Shown piece after piece: positions 47,967 through 59,865 of a stretch of DNA of 64,000 bases. Under the pieces are notes generated by a model that saw nothing but the letters and a program-made list of their open reading frames with translations, made no database searches and was not told the origin of the DNA. The position numbers were made by a program, and so were the translations under genes. The stretch comes from Felis catus (Eukaryota): NCBI RefSeq assembly GCF_018350175.1, contig NC_058368.1, positions 189,164,001-189,228,000 on the forward strand. The letters are read 5' to 3'. How positions within the stretch are numbered: the first letter of the stretch is position 1; each line of letters starts with the position of its first letter.

Positions 47967-50724
47967 GACATCTAAATCCACCTTGTGGTAACTTTCACCC
48001 TGGCCTTTTTACAAAAATGAAGAACAACACTGTCTCATTTTTTAAATAAAATGTTAGAGTTGAAAAGAGCCTTAGAGATCTCATTACTGGGGCTTCCCAT
48101 TTTGCAGTTAAGAAAACTGAGTGCTTCTTTTTCTACAGGCTTCCTCTCTGATTCTGTGAGGAGTTATCATTTTCCTTATTGCATGAGCTGAGCTTTAAGC
48201 ATTTGTGAATTCCAAACATCCAACCCTCAGTTAGAATCCCTAGCTGGAGTTTAGGAGAGAGGTTTGGGATATAGCAATAAAGCTAATAGTCATTGTTATG
48301 TTTGTTGGTAGCCAAACTCATGGAAATTAAGGAGACTATCCAAGAAAAAGAGGAAAGGTGAGAAAACTAGAAGGCAGGATGAAATTCTAAGGTCCTTGCA
48401 TTTTTATATCATGGCGAAAGTTTGTAATGATAATTTAAACCAGGTATAACTGAGACCCCACATAGCCCAGTCTGTTCTGTGTGCAAAAAAATAACCATTT
48501 AACTCCAAAAATCTTGAGAAAGAATATAAACTTCTTAACTGTGAGTTTCTTCTTTAAAGGGAGTAACATATAAAGTGCTTCTCAAAAGTTTGTACAGTTA
48601 ATCTCTTCCTTTTCGAAGTGTGTGACTCAGGACGGCTGCTAAAATCTGTCCTCCATTCCAACTTCCTATGCCCTTTCCTTCTCCACAGTTCTTTTTCACC
48701 ACATTGCGGCTTTCTCCCCAAATAGCTCTTTTCCCAGAGTCTTGCGGCTGCTCTTGAACGTGCCTGCTAAGACTTCTGCTTCCAAGACATATTGGGCCAC
48801 CTAAGGATGCCTGGATGACTTGGCTGCCCCACAGCACCCATCTTCCCTCACTCTACACAGAGGGAAACCATGGGAACTCTCTTGCCCCTTCCCCCAGACT
48901 TGTATTTCTTTTCATTTTCTCATTTATAATTCTTATGAATGGTTTCTGATACATTGATTCTCTATAACATCATATCATTAGTCCTCTAGAGTCTTCTGCA
49001 TCTGAAAATTTCATAAGCACGTACTTATGCAACTACTTGTCAACATGTTCAGTGAAACCGAATCAACGGTGGAATCAGGTGGCATTCCAACAGAGATCCT
49101 TCCCTAGGTGGACCGGGATAATTTTCACTTGAATAGTATTGGAATATACTAAGTGGCTGCACATATTGAGCTTTACAGTTGAGGTAGGTGGAGTGACTAG
49201 TCCAACGCCCAAGGTAAGATGGAATTCAGATTCATGGTCATTAATTCAAGGCCACTAATTATTCAGCAAGTTTAAAATGTATCAGAATTAATAGCTGGTA
49301 TGCAGTCCACCAATTTTTACAAAAGGAAATTCTGACCGAATCTTTACTAAAATTCAGGTCAACATGATCTCTCAACATGGTAATTTTTTTTTTTTTTTTG
49401 AAGGAAATAGGTTAGTCTTGTCCGTTTCATTCTTAGTGAACCCATGTTTGGTCTTATAATTCACCACATTCTTTGCTCAGGCTCCAAAGCTCCTCTAATC
49501 AACAGCCTGTCCTAGAATCTTGGTCAAGTGTGATTAAAATTACGTTCCTATCTATAGTTCCCAGAATTTGCTGTTTAAAAAATCATTAAAATGTTTATTT
49601 GCCTTTAGCATTCTGACATGGATCTCATTCCTCAAACAGCCTCAAAGATTACAAACAGCTTTGCTTAACAACAACACCCACACCCATGTTTATATCCTCC
49701 CTTCCCTGGCAGTCTGGGGAGAAATACATTTCCCCTCTCACACAGAAAAGTTCAACTTCTCTTTCATTTTCCTTTTCACCTGCTGAATTGAAGCAGTTCC
49801 CTTACTCTTCCTCTCCATGCCCCAAATGTGAGCCTACAACACAAGTCTTTCTGTTTATTGAAGACTTTGCAGCCAGATGGACTCCACCACGGGGTCAGGC
49901 CCCCATCCAGTTTTGAAATAGTATGAGATGCAGAGATAAGAATTAGGTACAGAATTCTGAGTTCTGGTCTCAGATGGAGTAATGAATGTTGTACTTGGGC
50001 AACTTACTGAACCACTTTCTGTTGCTATTAATCTCAACACTAGAGCCAAGACTACCTTCCCACTGAATTCACAAGATGGTTGAGATAACAAGAGAAAAAA
50101 ATGCTAAAGAAAAAAATATAAAATGCCTCTTTGATGCGTAAGGTTAAAATAATTCAACCTCAGGGTTCGGGCTTGGACCTGAGCTGCACCCACCGACTTG
50201 TCCGAACTCTGCCTTGATTTTGGCGTCCCTGCCTTCATTTGGCTCTCCCAATTATTTCCAACCTCAATCAGCTCCCACCTTCTCAACCCCAGAGCTTCCC
50301 CAATTACTGGTCCCTCACCCCAACACACTGCCCTGTGCATTCTCAGCATGATTACTAATTGGGTAAACGATCCAAACTTGTGAGGACATGGGTCATAATG
50401 TGTTCCCTCTCCAGGCAACAAAATAGCAATGCCTGGACCACCGTGCAAGTTATGTTCCTGACAAAACCATGTTTAGCAACGTCAGGGTCTTCTAACAAAG
50501 AGGAGATTGGAAGGCAGTGGTATTACAAATACATGTGTTAATATATATATTTTTGAAACACAAAAAGGAAAAGATTCTAGAAGGTGTCTACTTCAGACTA
50601 CATTTACCTATATTTGTAACCTGCTTTCAATATCTTCTTACTTGTGTGTTTAGGAAATACTGCTGTCAAATTCCAAGGCAGATTCGTCCTCTAGTTTTCT
50701 ATTACTCAAAATTTAGATTTTCTA

Positions 50725-50880
50725 AAATTAAGGTCACCAGTTGAAAGCCTGTCTGTTGAATCTGGCCCAAGATATTTTTTTCTCGTATAGTATTTAAAAT
50801 TTTTTCAATTTGAATGCACTTAGTGCTAATTGCCACAGTCTGTACCACTTCCTATGGTTTACCAATGCTGACACTTGTAT
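50725..50880. mobile_element. MER102-like hAT fragment
   Basis: 'gaatctggccc...tttaaaattttttcaatttgaatgc...ttgccacagtc...accacttcctat'. Confidence 0.45.
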
Positions 50881-50884
50881 ATTA

Positions 50885-51150
50885 GCAAAAAGAACATAGG
50901 CTACGAATCGGAAACCCTAGGTGCTAATTCAACTAATGCATACATTCAAAGTGCAATGTTGTTTCAGTTCTCCCATGTGTGAGCATTATGAACTTGGCCT
51001 TACCCCTTCTCTCTCGGCCTCAGTTTCTTCTGAGTGATGGAGATAACCATCTTCTTCTCTCCAAGACTGATGTAGAGGTCACATAAAATAATGTATATGA
51101 ATGCATGTAATATATCGTAAACTATACTATAAATATATAGTGTGTTTAGG
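50885..51150 (+). mobile_element. MIR fragments
   Basis: 'ctctctcggcctcagtttcttc...atggagataac'. Confidence 0.55.
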
Positions 51151-51735
51151 TAACAGCTCCTGTCCAGTACAAGACGACTCTCCCTCCACACACACTTATT
51201 CAGATACCCTGCATCCTTCCACCATCTGCCAACCAAACTTTGTAAGTTGAAGAAATACACAAGGAGACAAAGGGTCATTTACCTTGGTAGTTAATGTCCT
51301 ATATGGATTCTGTTTATATAGGACTGTCTACAATTTTTCAGTCTAAAAATTACTCTGCACAGTTGCTTAATGGCCCTTTTATCTTCTCTTTAATCACATC
51401 TAGGACTTCTCACCATTCCCCCATTAAAGTTCCCATTTGTCTCTTTGATCATCCTCCTGAACCTTATTTGTATGCAGAACTCTACATGACACATACTATG
51501 TTTCTGGGCTAGCTGGTAGAACTTGAGGCCAAATATACCAAAGAGCTAAGCAAAAGGTAGAAAAGTCTTATTATTCCAACTACATAAAACATACATGGTG
51601 TGCATGTACATCCTTACATGTATGTGCTTGAATATTGAATACATATATTTAGGTAGATGTGTTTAGATGCTCACGGATAGAACAACAGCAAACGTGGCAC
51701 GTTCATAGTTACGTTGAAAGCACTGTCACTGGAGC

Positions 51736-51905
51736 CATGGCTCCTAGTCTGGCTTAAGGAGCTTCAAAAATATGTATAGATACCTGGACTCGAACATCAG
51801 AGATTCTGATGTAATTTGTTAGGGCGGCATCTAAAGACTGGTTCGTTTCAGAAAGCTCCTCTCCCCCAGGTGAATCTAGTGAGTAGCCGGTACTGAGAAC
51901 AGTAC
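51736..51905. mobile_element. MER5A-like MITE
   Basis: 'cagagattctgatgtaatt...aaagctcc...ccccaggtgaatcta...tgagaaca'. Confidence 0.7.
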
Positions 51906-52029
51906 AATAGGAACACATCTTGGAGGTGGTCTTGTTTTATATGCAGCTGAATCTTGCCACGTGTTGCTCAATGAAAATTCTCTCTTTTTTAAAATAGACA
52001 TTTTCCCCTGGCATTATAGGTATTAATAG

Positions 52030-52600
52030 TCTGCTCCATCTAAAAATTCTGCTCCCAGAAATCAGTCTTAAAGAAATACAACCAGAATGCGTAAAGACAA
52101 AGATCCAAGGAGACACTGCGAGTAATAGTGAGCGACTGGAAGCAATCCAAATGCTCAACAATATAGGATCAGCTAAACACTGATAATAATAATAATAATA
52201 ATAATAATAATGTAATGTACAGTCAATATGATGAAACTTTATATGGGACGTAAAAAGAATGGCCAAAGTTTAAAAGTCTACTCACAGAAAAATACCCAGA
52301 ATACATTTTTTAAATGAAAAAAAAGCAAGTTGTAGGATAATATGGATATAAGATACATTTTTGTACCACACTCTCACCCTTAAATGAGAGGGCTAACACA
52401 AATTATAGAATCTCAATATGTGGTTCTTGAATTCATAGAGAAAATCCTACTCAGACAAATATCAAACTATTAATGGCTGCATGTAGGAGTGAGATGAGAT
52501 GGGTAGGGGGAAGAAGGAGATTTCTACTTTTCACTTTATATTCCCCCTTTATTATTTCAATGCTTATAAACAGACTATATTGTGTTTATAATTTTTAAAA
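52030..52600 (+). mobile_element. Very old L1M (L1ME/L1MC-like) 3' fragment with internal (AAT)n at 52183-52211
   Basis: 'actggaagcaatccaaatgctcaacaatatagga', 'aaaaagcaagttgtagga', 'ttctacttttcactttatatt'. Confidence 0.65.
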
Positions 52601-53793
52601 GAGAGGAAAATTATTTGCTAGTGACACCCACTCCCTCACACACATTGCCTTCCAAATGTTAATCTGGCTGTTTAACAAAAAAAAAAAGAAAGAAAGAAAG
52701 AAAGAAAATGATGGACACTATACTGGCTGCATTTCCCCACAGATCAAAAACACCCTGCATCTTTTCCATTCAGCATTCCATTAAAGTGTAACAGAGCCAA
52801 GTCTTATGTGTGGGAAAGTGTGTCTTTGTGTGTGTGGATCCCGTTGTAGTTACAACGGCCCCTCCCTTTGGTAACAATTTAACACCCACATGCATCCTCA
52901 GGAAGGTCAAAAGGGAAAGGCAAGAATAAAAAAACATGTTTTAGAAATGTTAACTAGCTCCCACTTCCAAAATTCTTTCCCCCACATTAAAAAACGACAT
53001 CATGCATGTTTCCATGAGTGTCTGGTGGCTTTAATAAAATGAGTGGTGATATCGTCCATAGAAAAAATGGGAAGCTGGCAGCATGCTTTTCATCGGAAAT
53101 GAGGCACTGTGCTGGGAATAACATTGGATTTTACAACATAAATTTAAAAGTCATCATGCTTAATTCTGTATCCTTTTTGTAATTCATACAGGAGTCTTGT
53201 GGCCATTTTGAAATGTTAGAGTCCTAGGGAAAGAAAAATCATGGAATTTCCATATTCATGGAAAAACAGGACCTTCTCAGATGACTAAAAGAAATCAAAA
53301 TTCCATTCACAAAAGAAAAAGTAGGTAATTTCCTGTAATTTTATATTTGAAACTTCAATTTGAATCTTCAGCAGACTTAAGTGGCAAAGCACAGATTCTA
53401 GTCATCAGCATGTTTTAAGGTGTTTGAAGCAAGAGACACAAACTTGGGGGATTCACTGACGATATTTCAGCGGTATTTCTGAATGTGCTATGGTACCATG
53501 CTTTTTGTTAGCCTGTTTTGATCAATCTCTCTCCCTCTGAAGGAATGAATAAGGAAGTAAAATACAAGACAATTGTTTACAATACACAGCCTAGCTTCAG
53601 AATCCTTAGACAAGGTAGATTTTAAGACTAGCTTTACCCTCAAATCCTTTTGTGACATCAAGCATGTTACTAAAACTTTCTATGCCACAGTACTATCCTC
53701 CCCTAAAACATAAATGAAAATACCTGCTTATCTGATAGGGTTGATAAATGAGAGAATCCACAATAAAGTATGTTTAAAAGTTAAGGGACTATT

Positions 53794-54017
53794 GGGCCGC
53801 CTGGGTGGCGCAGTCGGTTAAGCGTCCGACTTCAGCGAGGTCACGATCTCGCGGTCTGTGAGTTCGAGCCCCGCGTCGGGCTCTGGGCTGATGGCTCAGA
53901 GCCTGGAACCTGTTTCCGATTCTGTGTCTCCCTCTCTCTCTGCCCCTCCCCCGTTCATGCTCTGTCTCTCTCTGTCCCAAAAATAAATAAAAACGTTGAA
54001 AAAAAATTAAAAAAAAA
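53794..54017 (+). mobile_element. Young felid CAN-SINE (SINEC_Fc type)
   Basis: Near-consensus, CpG-rich ('gtggcgcagtcggttaagcgtccgacttcagcgaggtcacgatctcgcgg...ccccgcgtcgggctctgggctgatggctcagagcctgg'); perfect 18-bp TSD AAAAGTTAAGGGACTATT at 53776-53793 and 54018-54035. Confidence 0.99.
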
Positions 54018-54781
54018 AAAAGTTAAGGGACTATTAATACAGGCAACATAGTGCAAAAGGAAATGATATAAACTAAAGCTGAACTGTGTGAGATAGCTTC
54101 CACAAGCTTGTTTTATCATCTGTAAAATGGGATGATTAATTCATAACTAATTCAACAAATATTCAGTGTCCTCACATGCCAGGCACTGTTTTACCTGCTA
54201 GGAAGGACAACTGTTCCTTTCTACCTACTCACAGGGATATCAATAAAGCAATGTCCACCCAATACCATGAATTTATGAGATTATTCACAGATTTTTCTTT
54301 TGTTGGAAAAGAAATTTATTGAGCACCTGCGATGTTAAAAGTAATGAATCAGACAAATCCTGTCTCTGAAAGCTTAAAGTCTACTGTGGTTGCTGAATAT
54401 ACTGAGAGAGTCAGAATTGCCTTTAAAAGATAAAATGACATAAGCGATATGAGTGACAACCCAGTGTCCTGAGTGACTCTAGAGAATGTATGGCTCGGGG
54501 AGGATTCCCATGGGAGACTGGCTTGGGCTGATTTGATGCTGCTGTACAGGTGCTTCTCAGCCCACTAGTCCTATATCCTTTCAAGGAGTGTTTACTCAGC
54601 CCTTTCTATGTGCCAGACCCTACAACAGACCTACATCGTCATGGTATATATTCTCCAAGAAAACATGCATGGTTCTTGCTCACGTGGAATTGAGACTTCA
54701 AACAGTTTTTCCCAGTGCTTCCAAGCACAGAATTTTTACCAGGATATCCAAAGTATTACTCCTCAAGATAGGCTAGACACA

Positions 54782-54982
54782 ATAGTGTGCTGATAAACCA
54801 GCTTTGAGAGGGAAGAGAGGGAAGAGTCCCTGATTTGTAATATTTGCCAATTCCCATAGTGTAAATACTCCCACTGTGGATGATTTTAAGCTACTAATGG
54901 TTTGACAAAAGGCTTGAAAAATTACTGAATACCTAATCATTGGTTTTCATAGGCTGCTATGAGCCTGTTCTAGCATACTTTT
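54782..54982 (-). mobile_element. MER63A-like hAT MITE
   Basis: 'gtgtgctgataaaccagct...ccctgatttgtaatatttgccaattcccatagtgtaaatactcccac...aagctac...ctagcatac'. Confidence 0.75.
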
Positions 54983-55299
54983 GGAGATCAGAGGGATTTG
55001 TTTCCTCTGTAGCCTAAGAAATGGCAGCATTTGTTAGATTCCTGATGAGCATCCACCAAATGGCTCTTAATTCCAGTCTAAATTCTTCCTCAGGAATTTA
55101 CAAAGTCCTTCCAGGATGTCTTCCAAGACCCACAGGGCAATTGCCAGGGTGATTGCAGACTGGCTCCTCACCTTGGAATCAGAAATGCCCAACTAGGCTA
55201 AAGAGTGTTCTTTGGAATGCTGAAATAGCATCTTATGAAACAAAAGCTTAAGATTGAAACACAAAACAAAAACAAACAAACAAACAAAAAACAAATTTA

Positions 55300-55393
55300 G
55301 GGGTACCTGGATGGTCCAGTCAGTAGAGCATAGGACTCTTGATCTTAGGGTTGTGAGTTCAAGCCCCACATTGGGTGTAGAGCTTACTTAAAA
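55300..55393 (+). mobile_element. Minimal ancient CAN-SINE (tRNA-Lys-like head only, SINEC_old type)
   Basis: 'cagtcagtagagcataggactcttgatcttagggttgtgagttcaagccccacattgggtg' parallels tRNA-Lys(CTT), then 'tagagcttacttaaaa'; TSD AAACAAATTT at 55289-55298 and 55397-55406. Confidence 0.88.
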
Positions 55394-56194
55394 GACAAAC
55401 AAATTTGTACTTGGCCCTTTCAACCTTATGGCATGATTTCTAAGCTAAACAACAACAACAACAAATCTCAGTTTGGCTGGAAAATAATTGATGTCATAGT
55501 AGGAAAGAAAAAACAAACAAGGTCAAAAAAGAGAGAGACCCTGTCCACAAGCCCTTCAGTTTGTAAGTTTGTAAACAGCTCTCACCACACAGAACACACG
55601 CTAGTTGAAGGGAACAAACTTTCCATATAAGTGTTGGGTGGGGCCCAGAGATCCTCACCTACATAGAAAGCTATTTACTATTTTATAAAATACTCCATGC
55701 AAAAGTATATGTTCTGTTAAACTTGCCTTAACAGCGAGTACACTGGACAAGTATTGGTGGAGAAGGCAAGACAGTGCCCCTTGAGAAGTACAAAACACAG
55801 CATCCACCCTCCAGGATCTTGCAGTCTGGTTGGATCGAGGCTATGCATCTTTACCAAAGGGTGACTTGAGGGAGTAAAACCAGGCATGCCACAGACTAAT
55901 GGTCTTCAAATGACATGTTGTGGAAGGCCAATGACTTCCAAACACCTCTGTTTTCCAGGCTGTTCACTATCTGGTCCACCTACACTATCTCCAAGTTCCT
56001 TCCTCACACTCTCCATGGCAGTCATGGTAAACTTCTCTCACTTGCTCAGCAAGGTGTGTTCTCTCCTCTCTACAAGACTTCACATGTTCTGTGTCTTCTT
56101 ATTAGGAGAGGCCCAGCTGCACACCATTGCTCTCTCCCCAGACCGTCTGCATGTGGCTATCTTGGAATCATACTTTTGTTTGTTTGTTTGTTTG

Positions 56195-56400
56195 TAGCAC
56201 CTTTATTACTAATTGGCCCAAAGAGAAACAACCCAAATGTCATTAACTGGTGAATGAATTCAGAAATTATGGTATATCTATTCAATGGCATTCCATACAG
56301 CAATAAAAAGGGAGGAACACACAATATGGATGTAACTCAGAAAAATCATTCTAAGTGAAAAAATCCAGAAGACACAGAAAACTGTACATACTGTATGGGA
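56195..56400 (+). mobile_element. L1M fragment
   Basis: 'gaaacaacccaaatgtcattaactggtgaatga...tggtatatctattcaatgg...tacagcaataaaaagg...ctaagtgaaaaaa'. Confidence 0.8.
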
Positions 56401-56663
56401 ATCATACTTTTGATCTCAACTTAAGCACTGCTTTTTTTTTGTTTGTTTGTTCCATGTCTTCTACAAAGACTTTTATGACCAAGCTGTGTTTGCTGTTCCT
56501 CCTTTGGGCTTCAAAGTTCTGGGTGCATTCTACCATCCCCGGCTATATATCATACCTAATTCTAACTTCCTATTTACTTGCTCACCCTCTGTGAGAGCTC
56601 ATTTAGACTATATACTGTGATAAATATTTTGCACACATTATTTCATTTGAGGCAATCCATTTA

Positions 56664-56886
56664 TTTATCTATTTCTTTATTAAATTTTAGAGCTTTAGAG
56701 TGCAATTGGGGTAGGGGCAGAGGGAGGGAGGGAGAGAGAAAGAGAGAGAGAGGGAGAGAGGCAATCTTAAGTAGGTTCCACACTCAGTGCAGAGCCTGAC
56801 GCAAGGCTTGATCCCACAACCCTGGGATCATGACCTGAGCTGAAATCAAGAGTCAGACACTTAGCCAACTAAGCCGCCGAGGCGCC
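56664..56886 (-). mobile_element. CAN-SINE inserted in a MIR
   Basis: 'gggatcatgacctgagctgaaatcaagagtcagacacttagccaactaagcc'; TSD TGAGGCAATCC(A/T)TTTA at 56648-56663 and 56888-56903; MIR continues 'gcagaggaggaaattgaggctc'. Confidence 0.95.
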
Positions 56887-56975
56887 ATGAGGCAATCCTT
56901 TTAATATTACTATTTTGCAGAGGAGGAAATTGAGGCTCCAGAAAGTTAAGTAATTAACTGTGATAACACTTCTAG

Positions 56976-57390
56976 TGTATCAGTCAAGATTCTTGGGTTG
57001 CAGAACACAGAAGCGAGTATAGCTGTTTCAAGCAGGAAAATTTATAAAAAGATACTATGTAGCTTATAGAAACTCCTAGAGGACCAGGGATATGGGTACA
57101 GAAGGTACAGAGAATTTGCATCCTACTAACTGTATATAGACACACCCAGGAGAAAGGCCCACTTACACCCTTGCCTGCATTACCCATCAATCAATACATC
57201 TGACCCTAGAGATGGGATACTGGAAATGGTACCATTACAGAAGCTTCTTTCACTATGAAGATCTGCTCTCTCTGAACATAATCACCACCTCCCACTGCTC
57301 AGGGCCGCTTCCGAGTCTTGTGTGGATGCCATAACTGCAGTGGAGTTTACGCAATGCCATTTGTAGCTTCTCAGCCTCTATAAGAATGTC
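56976..57390 (-). mobile_element. Old MLT1 (L/N-like) LTR fragment
   Basis: 'tgtatcagtcaagattcttgggttgcagaacacagaa...tagctgtttcaagcaggaaaatttat'; far boundary uncertain. Confidence 0.55.
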
Positions 57391-57589
57391 AAACCAGCAG
57401 GGCATTCACATGGGCACTGAGTGTTCCATCTTATAGTAACAGCTATTTGCTTTACTCAGAGCACGGAGGAGCTGGAATTGAAACCTTGCCTTCAAATCCA
57501 TGAATGGAATTGAATTGCTATCTTACTCCATATGGGTAGGTGTCTGTGTGGGACGCAGGGTGTCTCAGCCCCCTCCCCCTCAGGAGCCC

Positions 57590-57810
57590 CCTCTAGAGTC
57601 AGACTGCAGGATTCAAATCCCAACTTCATATCTGTATAGCTTTGGTTAATTCATTCAAGCTTGCTGGGCCTAGATTGGCTCATCCATAAAATAAAGATAT
57701 TTGTATCTACCTGATGGGGTTATTGAGACAATCGAAAGAGAAAATCATCTGTGAAGTGTTTGTCCTATAGTCAGTGCTAAATAAGACATTAGCTGCTGGT
57801 ATTATTATTG
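57590..57810 (+). mobile_element. MIR
   Basis: 'ctctagagtcagactgcaggattcaaatcccaac...ctcatccataaaat...tctacctgatggggttattgag'. Confidence 0.75.
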
Positions 57811-59109
57811 TTGTTATGCTATCATTATTTGTTATTATTATCCTGTGCTATTGTCACTCTGAGGGATGATATCCTAGGAGGGAAAATCATATGTTGAATA
57901 AAAATGCTAGACACGTACATTTGCATGGCACATTCATGGGGCCATGAGATCCTCCCTCTTCCCGGAGTGAAGAGTTCCTGCAAGGGAGTAGTGGGTGATA
58001 AGGCTGCGGATGGATGCAGAGCCGCATTGCACTGAAAGCTTTGAATTCCCTGGGAGAGGGACTCAATTGGGCCCTGGCAGAGACCTGCCTTGGAGGTGGT
58101 AGTCACAGAACTATTCCCAGCCTCTGTGCTTCACATCCTCACCCCAACACAAAAGGGAAGGATGAGTGACACCTCAAACAACTTTGGAGAGTCTAACAAC
58201 AATTTTCAACTTCAAACAGGCCACACATAAAAGTTGAAGACTTTTGCTACAAACCCAACCACTGGGAAATCACTGTCTGGCTGACATTAATTCCCCAGTT
58301 ACTGTGAAGCTGTTACTGAAAAATGCAACTTTTTTTTTTATTCCAAGTCCTTTAACATTTCAATCTAGGGCATGGGCAACGTGGAGCAAATCCAGGTCAG
58401 CTCCTGCTTTAATCCACAAACTGAGTATCAGTGTTAACTCCGTGAGGAATTAAGGCCCAGAGGTGAGGGCAGGGGGAGACGAAGGGCAATAAGAGATCAT
58501 TCAGATCCTAGTAGAATTTGCTTTCTCTATGTCAGCCTCAATATATTAGAATCATCATTGTTATTGTTTGTGTTTAAAAGATTTTTAATCCCACGTTACA
58601 TTTTTATTGCATTTTGGAGTCTATAAAGCTCATCTCTGTATGTTGTCTTTTTTGATTTCATTTGATTTGTGAGGATTGGACAAGTTCAGTTTCAGAATGA
58701 CAAAGGTCAGGAGTAGAAGGAACCTCAGAGATCATTCTAGTTTTGTTTCAGGATGAACCATCTCAGGAGAAAGTGTCGATCATGGCCTCACTGCCAGGCA
58801 GTGTCAGAATTTGGGATAGCTTCCAGATCACCAGATTTCTAGATTTAAAAATTGGAAACATTCGTTGAGTATTATGGCAATGGTATGTGACATTGGGACT
58901 AGGGTAAAGGTAAAACCCTGAGTTTAGAGATTCCAGGCTAGTGGGAAAACAATCAGCGACTTAGGCAATTATACCAGTAGAGCGATGAACAGATGAGGCA
59001 GAGTTCAGTACAGATTGAGATAGAAATACCTATTCTCAAGGTTTCAAATTGGCACAGAAATTTTCAGGGGACACATAGTTTTAGTGTTTTGGATAAACAT
59101 AAGTCCACT

Positions 59110-59865
59110 GTTTAAAAAAATATAGTCATGCAAGGTAGAAAATTACAAAGAAAAAATAATTTACTTAGATGCCACTACTCAGAGACAACACATTGTTAAA
59201 ATCCTACTTAGCATCCTTCCAGATATATCTCTGTAGCCATCTGATTCTGCATAGCTATAAATATGGTTGCAGGTAGGGGTGCCTGGATGTCTCAGTCAGA
59301 TAAAGGTCTGATTCTTGATTTCGGGTCAGGTCATGATCTCACAGTTGATAGAATCGAGCTCCATATCAAGCTCTGCACTGACAGTGCAAAGCCTGCTTGG
59401 GATTCTCGCCTTCTCTGCCCCTTCCCTGACTGATGTGGGCACATGCATGCTTTCTCTCTCTCAAAATAAATAAGTATACTTAAAAATATATATATTATTA
59501 TAGCTATAGATAAATGTATTCATATATGCAATCATACTATGCATGCTGATTTGCAAACTCATATTTTATTTTATTGTGTGACATGAACAAATGTTAATAT
59601 CAATAAACATAGAATTACCACATCATTTTTAAAAGTTGCATATTATTTCACTATCTGGATGTACCATATTTAACCAGTACCCTACTGATGGTCATTTAGG
59701 TGGTTTGTAATTCTTTGCCATTATAAACAATGATATGATGTGGGATTTTACATGTGTGTTTTGCAGAGTTACGTGAAATGTCTCTTTAGGATAAATTCCC
59801 AGAAATGGAATTGCTCTGGATGCCCTGCACTGCTGATTTGATACAGATTGCCAAATGGCCTGAAG
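59110..59865 (-). mobile_element. Old L1M (L1ME-like) fragment interrupted by a CAN-SINE
   Basis: 'atccttccaga', 'atcatactat', 'tggatgtaccatatttaaccagtaccctactgatggtcatttagg', 'taggataaattcccagaaatggaattgct'. Confidence 0.8.
59276..59486 (+). mobile_element. CAN-SINE (older subfamily)
   Basis: 'ggggtgcctggatgtctcagtc...tcttgatttcgggtcaggtcatgatctcacagtt...ctgacagtgcaaagcctgcttgggattctc...caaaataaataa'. Confidence 0.95.

Noticed and set aside
55300..55380. Possible tRNA-Lys(CTT) gene
   Set aside because: Has the SINE-type GGGG 5' leader, 'tagagcttacttaaaa' tail, TSDs and stem-breaking substitutions; it is an old CAN-SINE
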